DNA from: Candidatus Binatia bacterium
GTDB taxonomy: Bacteria > Acidobacteriota > Terriglobia > Acidiferrales > UBA7541
DNA length: 50,171 nucleotides
Assembly: GCA_035607335.1 (NCBI GenBank)
Contig: DATNBB010000280.1
Span: 1-50,171 of the forward strand
Direction of reading: 5' to 3'
Shown here: positions 47,004 through 50,171 of the stretch, one piece after another
Layout: each line of letters opens with the position of its first letter
How positions within the stretch are numbered: the stretch's first letter is position 1
Position numbers and translations under genes: made by a program
Notes under the pieces: model-generated
The model's input: only the letters and a program-made list of their open reading frames with translations
Told to the model about the DNA's origin: nothing
The model's database searches: none

Positions 47004-47852
47004 ATGCGGGTCTTAAACTGTCAGAAGTCACCGGCCGATTTCTGGCGCCGTCTCTCGTCGTCCAGTGAACGATTCTTATTTCTTGATTACGACGGGACGA
47101 TTGCGCCATTCGATCCGGATCCAAGCAGGGCTATGGCAGATCCCGGCATCCTTGCTCGTTTGCAGCGCCTGATCGACCAGACCAACACTCGCGTCGTGAT
47201 CGTGACTGGAAGAAGGGCGCGAAGTCTACGGCGCATGATTCCACTGACCCCTGTTCCGGAGATTTGGGGCACGCAGGGAATCGAGCGGCTGAGGCCAGAT
47301 GGCGATTACGAACAGCTTCCGATACGGGGCGAACAGTTGCGAAGAATTGCGCTGGCGAAGGCGTCACTTCGGGCCGCGCAAGTGCGTGGCTGGCTGGAAC
47401 AGAAACCGGGATCGTTGGCCGTGCATTGGAGGGGCCTGCCCATCACGGAGATGAGGAGGGACCTGGAAACTACTCTCGCGGCGCTTTCCAGTGAAGCGGG
47501 GCGGGAGGGATTGCGCCTCGTAAGGTTTGATGGAGGCGTGGAGTTGCGCGTAGCGCGCTACACGAAAGCAACGGCGGTGCTTGGATCATTGGAGGACGCG
47601 GCGTCAGACAGCACGGCTGCGTATTTAGGAGATGACGAACCGGACGAAGATGCCTTCAAGGTTCTTCGCCCACAGGATATGGCGATCCTTGTCCGAACAG
47701 AATTGCGAAAAACTGCTGCGGACTTATGGATGAATTCGCTGCAAGAGGTGAACGACTTTCTCGATGCGTGGTTTGCAGCGTGCACGGAGGGCGCCGGCAA
47801 CGGCCCGGCAGTGAGACCGCAAAGACGTGCCATGGACAGATTTCGCAGTTGA
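47004..47852 (+). CDS. otsB: Trehalose-phosphatase (HAD superfamily)
   Basis: FLFLDYDGTIAPF (DxDGT) motif I and GDDEPDEDAF motif near the C-terminus. ATG 47004 behind GGAGA. Confidence 0.84.
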   Translation: MRVLNCQKSPADFWRRLSSSSERFLFLDYDGTIAPFDPDPSRAMADPGILARLQRLIDQTNTRVVIVTGRRARSLRRMIPLTPVPEIWGTQGIERLRPDGDYEQLPIRGEQLRRIALAKASLRAAQVRGWLEQKPGSLAVHWRGLPITEMRRDLETTLAALSSEAGREGLRLVRFDGGVELRVARYTKATAVLGSLEDAASDSTAAYLGDDEPDEDAFKVLRPQDMAILVRTELRKTAADLWMNSLQEVNDFLDAWFAACTEGAGNGPAVRPQRRAMDRFRS

Positions 47853-47889
47853 AGTGGTGGGACTACATCTATCAACGGGGAGAGCCACG

Positions 47890-49113
47890 GTGTCTTACAG
47901 GGGAATAGGGTGTCGATACGTTTCTAATCTCATAATTCTGACGAGCGCATTGATCCTGCTCAGTTTGTCCACGTATGGCCGACCGGCGCTGCAAGAAAAC
48001 GTCGAAGTACCCGGTGCAGTCAGGATTGCTCCGGGGGACCAGTTTTCGCCGTCATTCCTGGGCATGTACCGGAAGGTGATGCTGATCGACAAGACCGTGG
48101 AAGCATATTCCAAAAAATATAATGTGAACCTCGCGCTTGCACGCGCTGTCTGCATGTATGAATCGGGAGGAAACCGCGGACTGAGGTCGGTGGCGGGAGC
48201 GCACGGTTACTTTCAACTGATGCCATCCACGTTCCGTTCGCTTCGAGTGCGCACGAATATCGAGGCCGGAATCAAATATCTTGGCCAGCTTGTGCAATGG
48301 TTTGGGAGCGAAAACGACGCGTTAGCGGCATACAACGGGGGGCCGACAAGGCTCGCGCGGGGCCGAACGATGCCATTGGAGACCCGACAGTACGTTGTGG
48401 GCGTCAGCGGCTACCGCACCGTGCTCGAAAAATATGGAACGGAGGTTCGCGCCCAGGCAGGGCTGCTGCACATCGCGGTCGTCCAATCGGGTGACGATTG
48501 GTGGGATCTTTCGCGTCGCCTGAAGCTTCCGCTGGTTCAATTGCGTCTATACAACCCGTTTCTGGCAACGCGCACCTTGCGGCCCGGCTACCGTATCGCA
48601 TATCCGCTCGAGCCGCAGTCCGATCTCTTTCAGATTAACGACGGCACGCTCTATTACCGAACTCGCCTCGGCGACAATCCGATCAGCCTCGCCTTTGCGC
48701 TAGGCGTCGATCCAGACGCACTTCGCAACGCTAACGATCTGGACCTCATCGAGGCGGTTGCGCCCGGCACGCTGCTGCAAATTCCGTTGCAGGCGCCAAA
48801 GAAATTCAGGACGTATCGTGTGACGGAAGATGACGATCTATCGGACATTGCGCAGCGGATGAAAATCAATCCTTGGGCCATCGTGCGGGATAACCTGTTG
48901 TGGGACCAGCAGGTAAAGCCCGGGATGGTGCTGCGCATTCGAGAGGCGACGTTCCGTCGCAAGTACGTTACGCATCGGGTTCGGAGCGGCGAGACGCTCG
49001 GTTCGCTCGCTCGGCATTACCACACCACGATTGGTTCGATTCAGCGAGCGAATGGCATGGGCCACTCCACGCGTATTCGCATTGGACAACATCTCCGCGT
49101 TTACTTGCGTTAA
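47890..49113 (+). CDS. Lytic transglycosylase (SLT domain) with LysM repeats, MltD-like
   Basis: N-terminal hydrophobic anchor. SLT catalytic block YESGGN...AHGYFQLMPSTF...AYNGG. Three C-terminal LysM-like repeats. GTG 47890 behind GGGGAGAG. Confidence 0.85.
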   Translation: MSYRGIGCRYVSNLIILTSALILLSLSTYGRPALQENVEVPGAVRIAPGDQFSPSFLGMYRKVMLIDKTVEAYSKKYNVNLALARAVCMYESGGNRGLRSVAGAHGYFQLMPSTFRSLRVRTNIEAGIKYLGQLVQWFGSENDALAAYNGGPTRLARGRTMPLETRQYVVGVSGYRTVLEKYGTEVRAQAGLLHIAVVQSGDDWWDLSRRLKLPLVQLRLYNPFLATRTLRPGYRIAYPLEPQSDLFQINDGTLYYRTRLGDNPISLAFALGVDPDALRNANDLDLIEAVAPGTLLQIPLQAPKKFRTYRVTEDDDLSDIAQRMKINPWAIVRDNLLWDQQVKPGMVLRIREATFRRKYVTHRVRSGETLGSLARHYHTTIGSIQRANGMGHSTRIRIGQHLRVYLR

Positions 49114-49344
49114 CTCATCGGCGTACTCGGCCTCGTGAGCGCGACAGAACCATTCATTCGACCACGAGATTTCCAGTCAGAAGACGAAGTGGCGATGTGG
49201 CCGAGTACTATATCCGTATTTTCCACAATAGAAATCGGATTTTGATCGTGCTACCCTTCGCGGGTTTTGAAAATGGAATTCACCGCGCGGGAGGGCGAGT
49301 TTCAAAACGGGAAAATGACGGTGACATTGAAAGTGTTCGCAAGC

Positions 49345-49425
49345 GGTTCTAATCGCAACTCACAAGAATTAAAAATCGATGTAACTGTATGAAAATAAAA
49401 GGAGGCGGTAAGCTCTAATCGCGGT
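49345..49425 (+). repeat. Deletion-variant copy (C) of the intergenic repeat element
   Basis: TTCTAATCG 49347-49355, AAAAATCGAT 49371-49380, AAAAGGAGG 49397-49405 and TCTAATCG 49414-49421. Same order as copy B but lacking the right palindrome arm and the CTCTCAACA block. Confidence 0.5.
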
Positions 49426-49508
49426 CGCCAGAGGAATTTCAGAGTGCATGTTAGGATCTCCATTCGAACCACAGTGCGGGGACCGGTTGTCCTGGCCAGG
49501 GAGAAGCC

Positions 49509-50171
49509 GTGGCAGACGCAAATGTAGAGTTAGTGGCGCCGCTGGACTGTCACACCGGCGAAAACCCACTTTGGTGCGAAGAGCGTCGCTTGCTGCTCTT
49601 CGTGGATATTCCGCGCGGCGTAATTTACGGGTATGATCCTGCGACTGCGAAATGCGATGTGATCGTGCGAACTCGCGTTACCGGCGGATTCACGCTACAG
49701 GAAGATGGTTCGCTGCTGTTGTTCCAGGATGGCTGTATCGCCGTACTCGCGAAAAATGGAACTGTGAGTGAGGTTGCGCGCGATGCATGCCCTGGAAACG
49801 AGCGCTTTAATGATGTGATCGCTGATCCCGAGGGACGCGTCTTTGCCGGCACGCTTGGTGGTGGCAAAGGCCGTCTTTTGCGGTTTGATACGGACGGAAG
49901 CGTCACCGAAACGATGAGGGGCATTGGATGCGCCAACGGTATGGGCTTCACGCCCGATCTTAGTGGAATGTATTTCACGGATTCGTTCGCCCGCCGGATC
50001 TATTTGTTCGATTATGATCGCCGTAGCGGCAATCTCAGCAAGAAACGGACCTTCGCAAAGATTCCGCGAAAAATCGGTTTGCCGGATGGTATGACCGTGG
50101 ATGCCGAAGGCTTCGTTTGGACAGCACTCTGGTACGGCGGCCGATTGCAGCGATATACACCGAAAGGGAAA
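49509..50171 (+). CDS. SMP-30/gluconolactonase/LRE family protein (3' end outside the window)
   Basis: Open frame to the window edge, not in the ORF track. LDCHTGENPLW, RFNDVIADPEGRVFAGT, ANGMGFTPD and LPDGMTVDAEG beta-propeller motifs. GTG 49509 behind GGGAGAA. Confidence 0.82.
   Translation, partial: MADANVELVAPLDCHTGENPLWCEERRLLLFVDIPRGVIYGYDPATAKCDVIVRTRVTGGFTLQEDGSLLLFQDGCIAVLAKNGTVSEVARDACPGNERFNDVIADPEGRVFAGTLGGGKGRLLRFDTDGSVTETMRGIGCANGMGFTPDLSGMYFTDSFARRIYLFDYDRRSGNLSKKRTFAKIPRKIGLPDGMTVDAEGFVWTALWYGGRLQRYTPKGK

Noticed and set aside
49273-49392. 39-codon ORF (MEFTAREGEF...) in the spacer after the transglycosylase gene
   Set aside because: It has no SD, it overlaps the inverted repeat and repeat copy C, and it shows no coding-like composition.

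Overview
The window reads as a GC-rich, densely coded, mostly plus-strand chromosomal core segment. I call 43 CDS and 2 tRNAs (Cys-GCA, Arg-CCG). I see no rRNA, CRISPR, transposase, integrase, phage or recognisable defence or toxin genes. Housekeeping content includes cysS, galT, sppA, gntK, pxpBCA, ptrB, aroG, the rpmH-rnpA-yidD-yidC-jag cluster, glmM, uvrA, sucA, rpsU, glgC, eno, guaD and otsB. Accessory content includes two CE15-type glucuronoyl-esterase homologues, an SGNH esterase, ThuA, and a protein of the 'VWFA-related acidobacterial domain' type. That mix suggests an Acidobacteriota-like soil bacterium, but this is inference only. I do not see a novel protein-coding system. The signal the gene map does not explain is non-coding: a dispersed family of roughly 100-nt intergenic elements built around the word TTCTAATCG and its complement CGATTAGAA. 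There are two near-full copies (104-210 upstream of cysS and 29277-29383 upstream of rpmH, about three-quarters identical by hand alignment, each with a perfect 9-bp palindrome). There are also deleted or diverged copies (49345-49425, 41861-41966) and several fragments. All recognisable directional copies lie on the same strand. Secondary observations: (1) the 446-nt glmM-uvrA spacer is structured and ends in a strong intrinsic terminator, making it a candidate sRNA; (2) start codons are nested across rpmH, rnpA and yidD; (3) a VOC-PP2C fusion phosphatase has no partner-switching genes nearby; (4) an 850-aa protein carries two esterase domains in tandem; (5) a DinB-like C-terminal fragment is stop/start-coupled to guaD. 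All product calls rest on motif recognition by eye, and starts were adjusted by inspecting Shine-Dalgarno (SD) sequences. No database search, alignment program or folding program was run.
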